The notes under the pieces: model-generated
Database searches by the model: none
The model's input: only the letters and a program-made list of their open reading frames with translations
What the model was told of the DNA's origin: nothing
Assembly (NCBI GenBank): GCA_050012475.1
Contig: JBEKHC010000079.1
Location: forward strand, 1 to 24,431
From: Candidatus Velthaea sp.
GTDB lineage: Bacteria; Vulcanimicrobiota; Vulcanimicrobiia; Vulcanimicrobiales; Vulcanimicrobiaceae
Direction: 5' to 3'
Length of the DNA: 24,431 nucleotides
Position numbers and translations under genes: made by a program
Part shown: in pieces, positions 14,740 to 24,431 of the stretch
How the letters are laid out: each line of letters begins with the position of its first letter
Position numbering within the stretch: the stretch's first letter is position 1

Positions 14740-15531
14740 TCAACCGGCCTTTCGCTGGCCGAAGAAGCGGCTGAAGATTCCCGGCGCACTCAACGTGGTG
14801 AACGACACGTTTTCGCCGGTGAGGCGACGCGCGATCTTGTCGTAGATTTCGCCCAGCCGCGAATCGGGTGTCAGCACGATCGGCTCGCCGCGGTTCGTGG
14901 TGTCGATAACCTCTTCGTCGTCGGGGATCATCCCCAGGAGTTTCACGCTGAGAATGTCGACGACGTCTTCGACCGACATCATGTCGCCGGTGCGGATCAT
15001 CTCGGGCCGGATGCGATTGATGATCAGGCGGATCGGCATGTCGCGTTCGTTGAGTTTGCCGATGACGCGGTCGGCGTCGCGGATCGAACTCACTTCGGGC
15101 GTCGTCACGACGATCGCTTCGGACGCGCCGGCAACCGCGTTGCGAAAACCGTGTTCGATGCCGGCCGGACAATCGATGAGCACGAAATCGGCGAGGTCGT
15201 CCAGCCCCTTGCAAACCTCGGCGAATTGGCTTTCGCTCACCGACGCCTTGTCGCGCGTCTGCGCGGCGGGCAAAATCGAAAGCGACTGGAAGCGCTTGTC
15301 TTTGATGAGCGCCTGACGCAATTGGCAGCGGCCCTCGACGACTTCGACCAAATCGAAAACGATGCGCTTCTCCAGGCCCAGCACGAGATCGAGGTTGCGC
15401 AGACCGATGTCCGCATCGACGAGGACGACGCGACTGCCGCGTTTTGCTAACGCGGCGCCGAGATTCGCGGTCGTCGTGGTTTTTCCGACCCCGCCTTTGC
15501 CGGACGTGAGGACGATGCGTCGAGCGCTCAA
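14740..15531 (-). CDS. minD: Septum site-determining ATPase MinD
   Basis: TSGKGGVGKTTT, DADIGLRNLDLVLGLEKRIVFD, IDCPAGIE, PEVSSIRDADR and C-terminal GIFSRFFG. The TTG start overlaps the minC stop. Confidence 0.95.
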   Translation of the reverse strand: MSARRIVLTSGKGGVGKTTTTANLGAALAKRGSRVVLVDADIGLRNLDLVLGLEKRIVFDLVEVVEGRCQLRQALIKDKRFQSLSILPAAQTRDKASVSESQFAEVCKGLDDLADFVLIDCPAGIEHGFRNAVAGASEAIVVTTPEVSSIRDADRVIGKLNERDMPIRLIINRIRPEMIRTGDMMSVEDVVDILSVKLLGMIPDDEEVIDTTNRGEPIVLTPDSRLGEIYDKIARRLTGENVSFTTLSAPGIFSRFFGQRKAG

Positions 15532-16427
15532 ACAGGAACCTCCCGGCGGCCAAGGTCGGCCGCTGCATGGGGAACGACGGCGATGCGATCGCCCAAAACG
15601 TAAGCATGTTGCGGTCCGGTGGGAGCCGGGCCGCCCTCGGATGTCGCGATCATGGTCGCGATGCGCAATTGCGTCGGCGCGAGTTCGAGCGCTACCACGC
15701 GCGCACTCAGATCGCCTTGCGCGCCGGCGTGTACGACACCGCGCAGCGATCCGAAAACGAGGATGTCGCCGCTGGCGATCAATTCCGCGCCCGGGTTCAC
15801 GTCGCCGATGATGACGATATTGCCCAGGTTGTGCAGCGTTTGCCCGCCGCGCAGCGTTCCGCGATGGTAGAGCGTCGAAATACCCGCCGGCGCGCGCTGT
15901 GGGGTTTCCGGAATCGTGACGCCGGCGCTCGCCACCGGCGGAGGCGGCGGGGAAGGCGGGGCGGTGACGCTCCCGTTCGACTTGGCGGTCCGGCGTTCGA
16001 GTGCCGCCGCTTCGCGCTCGGTGCGGCGGGCGGCGAGATCGGCGCGCGCCCCGGCGAAATCGGCGACCAGCGAACGCGCTTCGTCGCTGAGCGCGATATT
16101 ACGCTTCGGGCGCGGGCGCGGGATGGCGGCGACTTCCTCGACCGGCACGGCACCCAGATACGGCAGTTCGAGCTGTTCGAGCAGCGGCGCCAGTCCTTCG
16201 ACGCCCGACACGCCGTCGAGCGTGATGCCGAACTCGGCCAACACGTCGCGCAGCGCCGTGAGCCCGGCCAGGTCGGCTTCGATGAGTCCGAGATTCGCCG
16301 CCGCCCGGCTGCCGTGAAAAAATGCCGGTCGCTCTTCGAGCTGCGCGCGGATCTCGGCGGTCGCGACCGGCAACGCCCGGTCGATCGCGATCTCTAAACT
16401 GCGGCCGCGGCCGCGAATCGTCGTCAT
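15528..16427 (-). CDS. minC: Septum site-determining protein MinC
   Basis: C-terminal beta-helix TLRGGQ...GDVNPGAELIASGDILVFGSLRGVVHAGAQGD...PTQLRIA. ATG 16427 has GGAGG 7 nt upstream. Confidence 0.93.
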   Translation of the reverse strand: MTTIRGRGRSLEIAIDRALPVATAEIRAQLEERPAFFHGSRAAANLGLIEADLAGLTALRDVLAEFGITLDGVSGVEGLAPLLEQLELPYLGAVPVEEVAAIPRPRPKRNIALSDEARSLVADFAGARADLAARRTEREAAALERRTAKSNGSVTAPPSPPPPPVASAGVTIPETPQRAPAGISTLYHRGTLRGGQTLHNLGNIVIIGDVNPGAELIASGDILVFGSLRGVVHAGAQGDLSARVVALELAPTQLRIATMIATSEGGPAPTGPQHAYVLGDRIAVVPHAAADLGRREVPV

Positions 16428-16483
16428 CGCTGGGCCTCCGTCTCTCTCGCGGCGTTTCCGATGCCGAAGCGAAGCGCCCTCCG

Positions 16484-16534
16484 GTCTCCACACGGCTCCC
16501 ACAAGAAAACGGCATTCTCCACAGGTGTTCCACG
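16484..16534. promoter_or_regulatory. Cluster of phased DnaA-box-like repeats upstream of minC
   Basis: gtctccaca (16484), gctcccaca (16495), ttctccaca (16515; 1 mismatch to TTATCCACA) and tgttccacg (16526), spaced 11, 20 and 11 bp. Confidence 0.45.
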
Positions 16535-16712
16535 CTTCGGCGGCAATCGCGCGTCTCCGCCACCCCTTGCGTAGGCGACGCCTTCGCGCGGCGGCGCCTG
16601 ACACGAGTCAAACGCCTCCCCCCAGCAGGGCGAAAACGGAAATGATACCGGTCGCCGGGATGTCGAATGCTGTCCGTCCGCCACGTACGAGCCGTTCCTT
16701 TAGTTGGGAAAG

Positions 16713-18740
16713 ATGAGTTTCATGCAGCTTCGCCGCCTCGTGGGATTCGCACTGAGTCTCGCACTGTTGTGTGCCGGCACCCCGGCACCCGTGTCCGCCG
16801 GACTTTCAACGGGTCAGGAAGTGCAGCTGGGTAAGGAGACGGACAAACAGGTCACGGACTCGACCGACGTCGTGAACGATCCGCTGCTCAACGCGTGGGT
16901 CAACGGCATCACCACCAAACTGTGGGCCCAAGTCGCGCGCAAAGACGTTCCGTACAATATCAAAATCCTCGACGTTTCGGATATCAACGCGTTTTCGACC
17001 CTCGGCGGCTATGTGTACGTCAACGAAGGCACGCTGGACTTCGTCCAATCGGACGACGAACTCGCCGGCGTGTTGGGCCACGAAACCGGCCACATCGAGC
17101 GGCGCCATGCCGTCACCTCGAACAACAAGGCCCAGATCGTGGACATCCTGCTGGGCGTGGGGTCGCTCTTCTCGCCGATCCTTTACCGCTTCGGTCAAAT
17201 CATCGAAGCCGGGGCGCTGGCGAAGATTTCACGCAACGACGAAACCGAGGCCGATAAGTACGGCCTGATGCTCATGGCCCGCGCCGGCTACGATCCCGAC
17301 GCGATGGTCTCGTTCATGCAGCATCTGGGCGCGGTCGAGAACGAGCACAACGGGCTGCTCGACAAGTATCTCGCCGACCACCCCGGCGTCCCCAAACGGG
17401 TCGCCCAGCTCGTGGGCTATCCCGAGCTCGACCCGACCAAGCGGTCCGACCCCGAGCGCGAGGCTGCCGCTCTGCACAATCTCGACGAAGCGCGCTACGC
17501 GATTGCGGCCCGTGAGTTTTCCGGCTTGGTGAAGGCGCATCCCGACGACACGCTCGCGATGTACGATTTGGGCGAGGCGCAAGTCGCGCTGGGACAAACC
17601 AGCAAAGGCGAGCAAAGCCTGGCCGACGCCGCCGCCAAAGGCACCCCCCAAACGCGGACGCTGGCGCTGGGCCGCATCGCCGCACTGCGCGACACCGAGA
17701 AGCGCATGAACGTGCTGCATCCCAACCTGCAGCCGCTGCGTGATGAAGTGAACGCCGCGCAGGTCAACGAAACGACGGCCGCGACCGCAATCGCGCTGCG
17801 GCGCGAGGCCGGGCGCGATCAACTCAAAGCGATGTCGGGCCGGATCGAAAACATCGCCGAGGAGATCCCCGATCTGTCACGCGTTCAGCCGCGGCGCGGC
17901 GGCCGGCTCGACGCCGTCCTGCACAACATGACCACGATCAGCCGGTCGCTCAATGCCGCGCTGGGCAAAGCGCAGCAGACGATCGGCGGCGTCGGTTCGC
18001 TCGAGCGGAATAAAGAAGGGGGCGTGCTCAAAGAAAACGCCGACATTCTGACCGAGCTGGCCGGTCCGCTGCGCGCCGAAGCGCCGCCGCCGCAGTCGCT
18101 GGTAACGTTTGCCTACTATCCGCGCATGCTCGATGACATCTCGCAGGACGACGACGACATGCTGCGCGGCGTCGACGCCTCGCGCGCGGCGTTGGCGATG
18201 CTCGACGTCGGTTTGGGCGACCTCGACGCCTTCGTGCGCGAACTCATCCACGTGCAGTTGGACATGTCGGGCGACCTTTCGGCCAGCGACTACAAGCGCC
18301 TCGAACCGCTCATGACCACCGCGGCGGATTCGATCAACCGGTCCGCCGTCGCTGCCTCCCAGGCGAACCAGCTCTATATGATGGCACGTTGCCGGCAGCT
18401 CATGGCGCGCATCGACGACTTGGGCCTGGCGGCATCGCCCGACCGTTACGCGACGCTGCGCAAAGCGCTCGACCTGCGGTTCGCCAACGACGCGCCTAGC
18501 TACGACGTGCTGCTGCACGAGAATCTCACCCCGGGCCAAGTCACCGCCGCCGCGATCGTCGCGGCCGACACCAACGTCTCGCCGGCGGTGATCGAACAGG
18601 AAGCAGTCAGCACTCATCGCTCGGTGGTCGACGTCGCCAACGAGCGCGGCATGCCGGCCGAAACGCTGGAGATCATGCTCGGTCTCGTCTACATGGACTA
18701 CGCCGACGATCCCGACAAGGAAGCGCGCCAGCATACGTAA
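16713..18740 (+). CDS. Secreted M48 family Zn metalloprotease (BepA-like) with TPR and long helical C-terminal region
   Basis: Signal peptide, INAFSTLGGYVYV, ELAGVLGHETGH (HExxH), SRNDETEAD and DHP, then TPR-like helices. The start could be 16713 or 16722. Confidence 0.88.
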   Translation: MSFMQLRRLVGFALSLALLCAGTPAPVSAGLSTGQEVQLGKETDKQVTDSTDVVNDPLLNAWVNGITTKLWAQVARKDVPYNIKILDVSDINAFSTLGGYVYVNEGTLDFVQSDDELAGVLGHETGHIERRHAVTSNNKAQIVDILLGVGSLFSPILYRFGQIIEAGALAKISRNDETEADKYGLMLMARAGYDPDAMVSFMQHLGAVENEHNGLLDKYLADHPGVPKRVAQLVGYPELDPTKRSDPEREAAALHNLDEARYAIAAREFSGLVKAHPDDTLAMYDLGEAQVALGQTSKGEQSLADAAAKGTPQTRTLALGRIAALRDTEKRMNVLHPNLQPLRDEVNAAQVNETTAATAIALRREAGRDQLKAMSGRIENIAEEIPDLSRVQPRRGGRLDAVLHNMTTISRSLNAALGKAQQTIGGVGSLERNKEGGVLKENADILTELAGPLRAEAPPPQSLVTFAYYPRMLDDISQDDDDMLRGVDASRAALAMLDVGLGDLDAFVRELIHVQLDMSGDLSASDYKRLEPLMTTAADSINRSAVAASQANQLYMMARCRQLMARIDDLGLAASPDRYATLRKALDLRFANDAPSYDVLLHENLTPGQVTAAAIVAADTNVSPAVIEQEAVSTHRSVVDVANERGMPAETLEIMLGLVYMDYADDPDKEARQHT

Positions 18741-18771
18741 CTTCGGCGGCGCACCGGGGTATGCGCCCGTT

Positions 18772-19845
<1,074 letters not shown>

Positions 19846-19851
19846 GCCGCG

Positions 19852-20601
19852 CTAGTCGTCCGCGCTGCGGCCCAGATGCCTGAGCAGCGCATCGTCGTCG
19901 AGGTGGGCGAACGTCGCGCGCAGATGCGGGCGCACGCGTTGCGCGATTTGGGCCGCAAGCTCGCTGCGCGCGCGCGGTTCGAGCCCAGCGCGCCGGGCGA
20001 CGTACCGTTCGACGAGTTCGCGCTCGCCGGGCGATAGCCCATCATCGGCGGGTGCGTCGCGCGCGAGATAAGCGCGCAGGTTCGCCGGCGCTTCCCCGCG
20101 TTCGCGCACGACGATCGTTCCGGCGGCGAAATCGCCCAGCCGTTTATTTTGGCGCGAAAGGATCGCCGACACGGCCGACAGCGCATACAGGCCGAGTGCG
20201 AATTCCAGCACGCGCACGATATTGCGCACGACCGCTGCGCCGAGGTCGATCGGAAATCCGGCGTCGCGCACGACCCGGATCCCGAGCGCGCGTTTCCCCG
20301 GCGTCCGTCCCGACCACCAGAGCTCGAAGATGATGAAGTAACCGAAGTACAAGAGAAAGACGGCGACGACACCGGCGGCGAGGAAGATTGCTTCGCTGCC
20401 CTTGGTGAGGTTCGGCGAGACCTCGGCCGCGGCGCGCGCCAGCGGTTTGGCCGCGAGCAGCATGCCCAACGCCAGCGCGACGGTCACGCCCAGTTGAATC
20501 GCGAGATCGACGCCGACCGCCAAAAACCGGCTGCCCACGCCCGCAAGCTCGTACTGGATCGAGATGCTTTCGCCGGTCCGGACTTCGAGCGTGCGTTCCA
20601 C
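19852..20601 (-). CDS. RDD family membrane protein
   Basis: VRTGESISIQYELAGVGSRFLAVGVD, YFIIFELWWSGRTPGKRALGIRVV and KRLGDFAAGTIVV. Probable GTG start at 20601. Confidence 0.9.
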   Translation of the reverse strand: MERTLEVRTGESISIQYELAGVGSRFLAVGVDLAIQLGVTVALALGMLLAAKPLARAAAEVSPNLTKGSEAIFLAAGVVAVFLLYFGYFIIFELWWSGRTPGKRALGIRVVRDAGFPIDLGAAVVRNIVRVLEFALGLYALSAVSAILSRQNKRLGDFAAGTIVVRERGEAPANLRAYLARDAPADDGLSPGERELVERYVARRAGLEPRARSELAAQIAQRVRPHLRATFAHLDDDALLRHLGRSADD

Positions 20602-20654
20602 TCCACGCGCATACGTCCGGGGCCACGGAAGCCCTCGCACCGAAACGCGCGCCG

Positions 20655-21629
20655 ATGCGGGAAAAGCGTTTCGTCCAGGGCGGCAAACCGCGCTGGGATC
20701 GGCTCGAGTCGCTCCTTGCGCAAGTCGACCGGCACGGCATCGGAGCACTCGATGCGAGCCGGATCGACGAACTCGCGCTCGGCTACCGCGCCGTAACGAG
20801 CGACTTGGCGCTGGCGCGCGGGCGCGGCTACGACGGTGCGCTCGTCGCGTACCTCAACCGGTTGGGCGCACGCGCCCACGCGTACGTCTATCTCGGTACG
20901 AGCCGCAGCGGATGGTCGGCGGTCCGGCGTTTTTTGGCCACGACCTTTCCGCGCGAATGCCGGCGTTCGTGGCTGCCCATTGCGACCTGCACGGCACTCA
21001 CGATCGCCTGCGCCGTGATCGCGTACACGGCGGTGAGCCGCGAACCGGCCAACGCCTACGCGCTGTTGCCGCCGGCGGAAATTCCCGCCGTATCGCATGC
21101 GCTGCACGACACGAATTTTGGTTTCGATCGCGCGTTCGCGCCGTTGATGTCGTCGGAGATCATCGCCAACAACATTCGCGTCGCCGCGATCGCCGCGGCT
21201 GGCGGGATGACCTGCGGCCTAGTCACGCTGTGGATCATCATGCAGAACGGGCTGATGCTCGGCGGCCTCGGCGCCTTGTTTGCGCAGGCCCGCTTCGGTT
21301 TGGACTTCTGGGCGACGATCGCGCCGCACGGGGTGATCGAACTGAGCGCCATTCAGGTCGCCGGCGGAGCCGGATTGTTGTTGGCCGCGGGCATCGTTGC
21401 ACCGGGGCGCGTGCGCCGCATCGATGCGCTCGTGCGCAACGCGCAGCGAGCCGGCACGCTGGTCATCGGAACCGCCGCGCTGCTCGTCGTCGCCGGAACG
21501 ATCGAAGGTTTCGTTTCGCCGCAACGGCTGAGCCCCGACATCCGATTGGGGATCGGCGCCTTGACCGCGCTGGGCTTGGCGCTCTACGTGACGCTGGCCG
21601 GACGCATCAGCGACCCGCCTCAGCCGTGA
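20655..21629 (+). CDS. Stage II sporulation protein M-like (DUF95) membrane protein
   Basis: YRAVTSDLALAR, YLNRL, IIANNIRVA, QNGLMLG, IAPHGVIEL and AGTIEGFVSP; typical context next to RDD and DUF58. Confidence 0.88.
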   Translation: MREKRFVQGGKPRWDRLESLLAQVDRHGIGALDASRIDELALGYRAVTSDLALARGRGYDGALVAYLNRLGARAHAYVYLGTSRSGWSAVRRFLATTFPRECRRSWLPIATCTALTIACAVIAYTAVSREPANAYALLPPAEIPAVSHALHDTNFGFDRAFAPLMSSEIIANNIRVAAIAAAGGMTCGLVTLWIIMQNGLMLGGLGALFAQARFGLDFWATIAPHGVIELSAIQVAGGAGLLLAAGIVAPGRVRRIDALVRNAQRAGTLVIGTAALLVVAGTIEGFVSPQRLSPDIRLGIGALTALGLALYVTLAGRISDPPQP

Positions 21630-21659
21630 TGGGTGCCGGCGGCTTCGCTCGGTAGACCC
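21629..21659 (-). repeat. Second, inverted copy of the 31-nt hairpin module at 1049-1079
   Basis: atgggtgccggcggcttcgctcggtagaccc versus the reverse complement of 1049-1079, atgggtgccctcggctgcgctcggtacaccc: 27/31 identical with no gaps. Confidence 0.85.
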
Positions 21660-21755
21660 TTCGGTTTGCGGCGCGGCCGCAAACGCCACCGCGGCTCGGC
21701 GCGCAACGCCGAACACCACGGATCGGGCGGAGCCCAATCCGTGTATGCTGTTAGC

Positions 21756-23078
21756 CTAGAGCAGCGAACGCGTTTTTACTTCCACGTAGGCGTCGAGCAG
21801 CGCCAGCGAAAGGTCGCGCGCCGGAACGTCGATCACGCCGATGCCGCGCGCGCGCAGCGCCGCCGCCGCCCGGTCTCGCTCCGCCGCCAGCGTCGTGGCG
21901 ATGCCGGCCCGATAGACGTCGCCGGCCGTAGCCGGCTCGCGCTGCAGCGCATCCGCGATCGCCGCATCGTTCATGAGCACCACGAGCACGAGATGATGCG
22001 GGGCGAGCAGCGCGAGCGACGCAAGCACCGCTCCCGACGCGACCGGATCGAATAGGTCGGTGAAGATGACGATCAGGCTGCGCTTGCGGAACCGGCGGCG
22101 CAATTCGAGCGCGGCGCGTTCGTAGTCGGATTCCTCGAAATGCGGTTCGAGATCGCCCAGCACGTCGGTCAGCGCTGCCGTTTGCCGCGCGCCGCTGTGC
22201 GGCGCAAGCGCGGCGAGCGTCGTGCCGGCGAACGCATGCAGTCCGACGCGGTCGCCGGCGACCTGCGCGAACGACGCGATCGCCAGTGCCGTCGAGACCG
22301 CGTAGTCGAGCTTGCGCCGATCGCCCAGCCGCGCGCTCATCAGCCGCCCGGCGTCGAGTGCGACGACGATTTGCTGGCTGCGCTCGACTTCGTACTGCGC
22401 AACCATTACTTTTCCGCGCCGCGCGGTCGCTTTCCAATCGATCGTCCGAAACGCATCCCCGCCGGCATACTCGCGCAGGCTCTCGAACTCGCTGCCGAAC
22501 CCGCGCCGCCGCACGCGCCGCAAACCTGCATCGAGCAGGCGCGAACGCAGCGCCAAATCGCCGCCGCGTTCGAGCGCGGAAAGGTCGGGGCGAATCCGGA
22601 GCGCTTCGACGCTGCCGATCCGCACGCGGCGCCGGATCAAACCCAGCGGCGACTCGAACCAGCCGAAGGCCAGTCCCGCCTGCGTCCGTCCGCGTTCACG
22701 CGGCAGCACGCCGATCCGGACGACGGTGCGGCCTGCGGGCGGCACGCTGCCGCGCGCGGGCGCGGCGCCGACCTCCAGCCGCTCGATCGGCGCCTCGAAG
22801 ATCGCGAAGTGCAGCGGCACCGCCGCGCGGTTCACCACGCTGTACGTAAACTCGGCGCGGCGCGCCAGCATCAAGTGCGCGGGGATCGCGCGCGTGAAGG
22901 CCGGTCCGCGAGCGATCGCGCGCGCGTCCGCCGCGAAGGCCGCGAGCGCGGCGACGGCCGCCCCGCCGAGCACGAGCGGCCACGGGAGGACGCGGGCAAA
23001 TACGCCGGCGACCAGCGCGAGTCCGGCCAGCGCCGCGATCCCGCGCGGGCCGACCCAGGCCGGCGGCCGTGCGTTCAT
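21756..23078 (-). CDS. DUF58 / vWA-like MoxR-associated protein
   Basis: N-terminal TMs, GSEFESLREYAGGDAFRTIDWKATAR, VALDAGRLM, GDRVGL and LIVIFTDL; overlaps the moxR stop. Confidence 0.9.
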   Translation of the reverse strand: MNARPPAWVGPRGIAALAGLALVAGVFARVLPWPLVLGGAAVAALAAFAADARAIARGPAFTRAIPAHLMLARRAEFTYSVVNRAAVPLHFAIFEAPIERLEVGAAPARGSVPPAGRTVVRIGVLPRERGRTQAGLAFGWFESPLGLIRRRVRIGSVEALRIRPDLSALERGGDLALRSRLLDAGLRRVRRRGFGSEFESLREYAGGDAFRTIDWKATARRGKVMVAQYEVERSQQIVVALDAGRLMSARLGDRRKLDYAVSTALAIASFAQVAGDRVGLHAFAGTTLAALAPHSGARQTAALTDVLGDLEPHFEESDYERAALELRRRFRKRSLIVIFTDLFDPVASGAVLASLALLAPHHLVLVVLMNDAAIADALQREPATAGDVYRAGIATTLAAERDRAAAALRARGIGVIDVPARDLSLALLDAYVEVKTRSLL

Positions 23079-24031
23079 TCGCTCGGCGCGGGGACCGCGG
23101 CCAGGATGCGCGTCACGATCGTGCCCGTTTCAACACCCTCGAGTTCGGCTTCGGGCCGCGCGATGAGGCGATGCTCGAGGACCAGCGGCGCAATTCCCTT
23201 CACGTCGTCCGGCGTGGCAAACGCGCGACCGTCGATGGTTGCGGCAGCCTGAGCGGCCCGGACGAGCGCGAGCGCCGCGCGCGGGCTCGCACCCAGCGCA
23301 ACGTCGGCGGCGGAGCGCGTCGCGGCAACGATCGCATAGATGTAGGCTTGCAGCGAGGGGGAGAGAAAGACGGCGCGGACGCCGGACTGCGCGGCAACGA
23401 TCTCGGCCCCGCTCGCAACCGTGGTAACGCCGGCCGCGTCGAGATCGCGCGCATCGAAACCGTCGACGGCGCGCGCGATGAGCGCGCACTCCTGTTCGGC
23501 CGACGGATAGACGGTTCGGCTGCGCACCAGAAAACGATCCAGTTGCGCTTCGGGCAACGGATAGGTGCCCTCGTATTCGATCGGGTTCTGGGTCGCGCAC
23601 ACCATGAACGGCGCGGGCAGCGGCTGCACGTCGCCGTCGATCGTCGCTTGATGTTCTTCCATCGCTTCGAGCAACGCCGATTGCGTCTTGGGCGGAGTGC
23701 GGTTGATCTCGTCGGCGAGCAGCAGGTTGGTGAACACCGGTCCGCGGCGCAGCGAGAACGTCGCGCTGCGCGGGTCGAAAACGTTGGTGCCCACGACGTC
23801 CGAGGGCATCAAGTCGGGCGTGAACGCGATGCGCCGGAATTCGAGGCCCAGCGAACGCGCGAGCACCCGCACCAGCAAAGTCTTCGCGGTACCGGGCACG
23901 CCTTCGAGCAAGATGTGGCCGCCGGCCAAGAGCGCGACCAGCAGCGCGAAGATCGTCTGCTCGTTACCGACGACGACGCGTTCGAGTCCGGCCTGCAAAC
24001 GCTGCGCGACGTCCGTCGCCGTTGGGGTCAT
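23075..24031 (-). CDS. MoxR family AAA+ ATPase
   Basis: GHILLEGVPGTAKT (Walker A), FTPDLMPSDV, LLLADEINRTPPKTQSALLEAM, ATQNPIEYEGTYPLPEAQLDRF and GASPR. Confidence 0.96.
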   Translation of the reverse strand: MTPTATDVAQRLQAGLERVVVGNEQTIFALLVALLAGGHILLEGVPGTAKTLLVRVLARSLGLEFRRIAFTPDLMPSDVVGTNVFDPRSATFSLRRGPVFTNLLLADEINRTPPKTQSALLEAMEEHQATIDGDVQPLPAPFMVCATQNPIEYEGTYPLPEAQLDRFLVRSRTVYPSAEQECALIARAVDGFDARDLDAAGVTTVASGAEIVAAQSGVRAVFLSPSLQAYIYAIVAATRSAADVALGASPRAALALVRAAQAAATIDGRAFATPDDVKGIAPLVLEHRLIARPEAELEGVETGTIVTRILAAVPAPSE

Positions 24032-24431
24032 TGCCGATGTCCTTCCGTAGGGTGTACGCGAGCCTCGCGTGGGCGAGCAGTTCGGCGTCGGTTTCGACCG
24101 GGGCGGCGAGCGACGCGAGGAGCGAACGCCGGCCGTCGCCCGCCCGAACGTGCGCGAGCGCGTCGTGCGCCAGTACGTCGCGGGCCGCCGCCCGGGCGGC
24201 GATCCGTTCGTGCAGCGCGGCCAGCGCGGCGATGAACTCAGCCGAACTCGGCTCGCGCGGCGGTGCCAGCGGCAGCGGCGGCGCGCCGCGCAGTGCGCTG
24301 CCGATCAGTCCGGCGACGAGCGCGACACCGCCGATGGCCAGACTCACGCGCACGGGGATCGGCAGCGCCCGGTACCACGGCCGATCGATCAGCGCGCCGT
24401 GCAGGCCGTCGTCGAAGGCCGTCAGGCCGCC
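23964..24431 (-). CDS. C-terminal part of a DUF4350-like membrane protein, 5'-truncated by the window edge
   Basis: The frame is open to the window end (GGLTAFDDGLHG...WYRALP, then a TM, then PSSAEFIAALAALHER). It sits immediately upstream of moxR and overlaps it by 68 nt. Confidence 0.65.
   Translation of the reverse strand, partial: GGLTAFDDGLHGALIDRPWYRALPIPVRVSLAIGGVALVAGLIGSALRGAPPLPLAPPREPSSAEFIAALAALHERIAARAAARDVLAHDALAHVRAGDGRRSLLASLAAPVETDAELLAHARLAYTLRKDIGNDPNGDGRRAAFAGRTRTRRRR

Noticed and set aside
16428..16604. N-terminal extension of minC in the ORF track (likewise for rne, rodA, RDD and the second minD)
   Set aside because: Family similarity starts at downstream start codons, several with better Shine-Dalgarno or coupling support.
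20655..21629. Evidence of sporulation from the SpoIIM-like gene
   Set aside because: This family is widespread in non-sporulating bacteria in the RDD/MoxR context.

Overview
A GC-rich bacterial chromosomal window made up mostly of cell-envelope and division genes. My impression is a Terrabacteria-type organism, possibly Vulcanimicrobiota/Eremiobacterota; this is unverified. In order, it contains: ftsX (5'-truncated); a structured intergenic repeat; a REC-GGDEF gene; a coiled-coil M23 peptidase; two tandem S41 proteases ending at a terminator; on the minus strand minC, minD, minD, minE, rodA, a hypothetical gene, an RNase E/G with a long disordered tail, and an MtnX-like phosphatase; an M48 protease; a DUF697-like gene; and an RDD / SpoIIM-like / DUF58 / MoxR / DUF4350-like module. 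The main points of interest are: (1) a compact three-gene cobalt-type nitrile hydratase-family cassette with a split beta subunit, lying antisense between minE and rodA with no activator or amidase in the window; (2) a ~180-bp branched inverted-repeat element with GNA-triloop hairpins, whose 31-nt inner module recurs inverted about 20 kb away, suggesting a REP/MITE-like family; (3) two intact MinD paralogs and a MinE with an extended tail; (4) phased DnaA-box-like repeats upstream of minC. I found no tRNA, rRNA, CRISPR array or transposase. All product calls come from reading motifs by eye, not from database searches.
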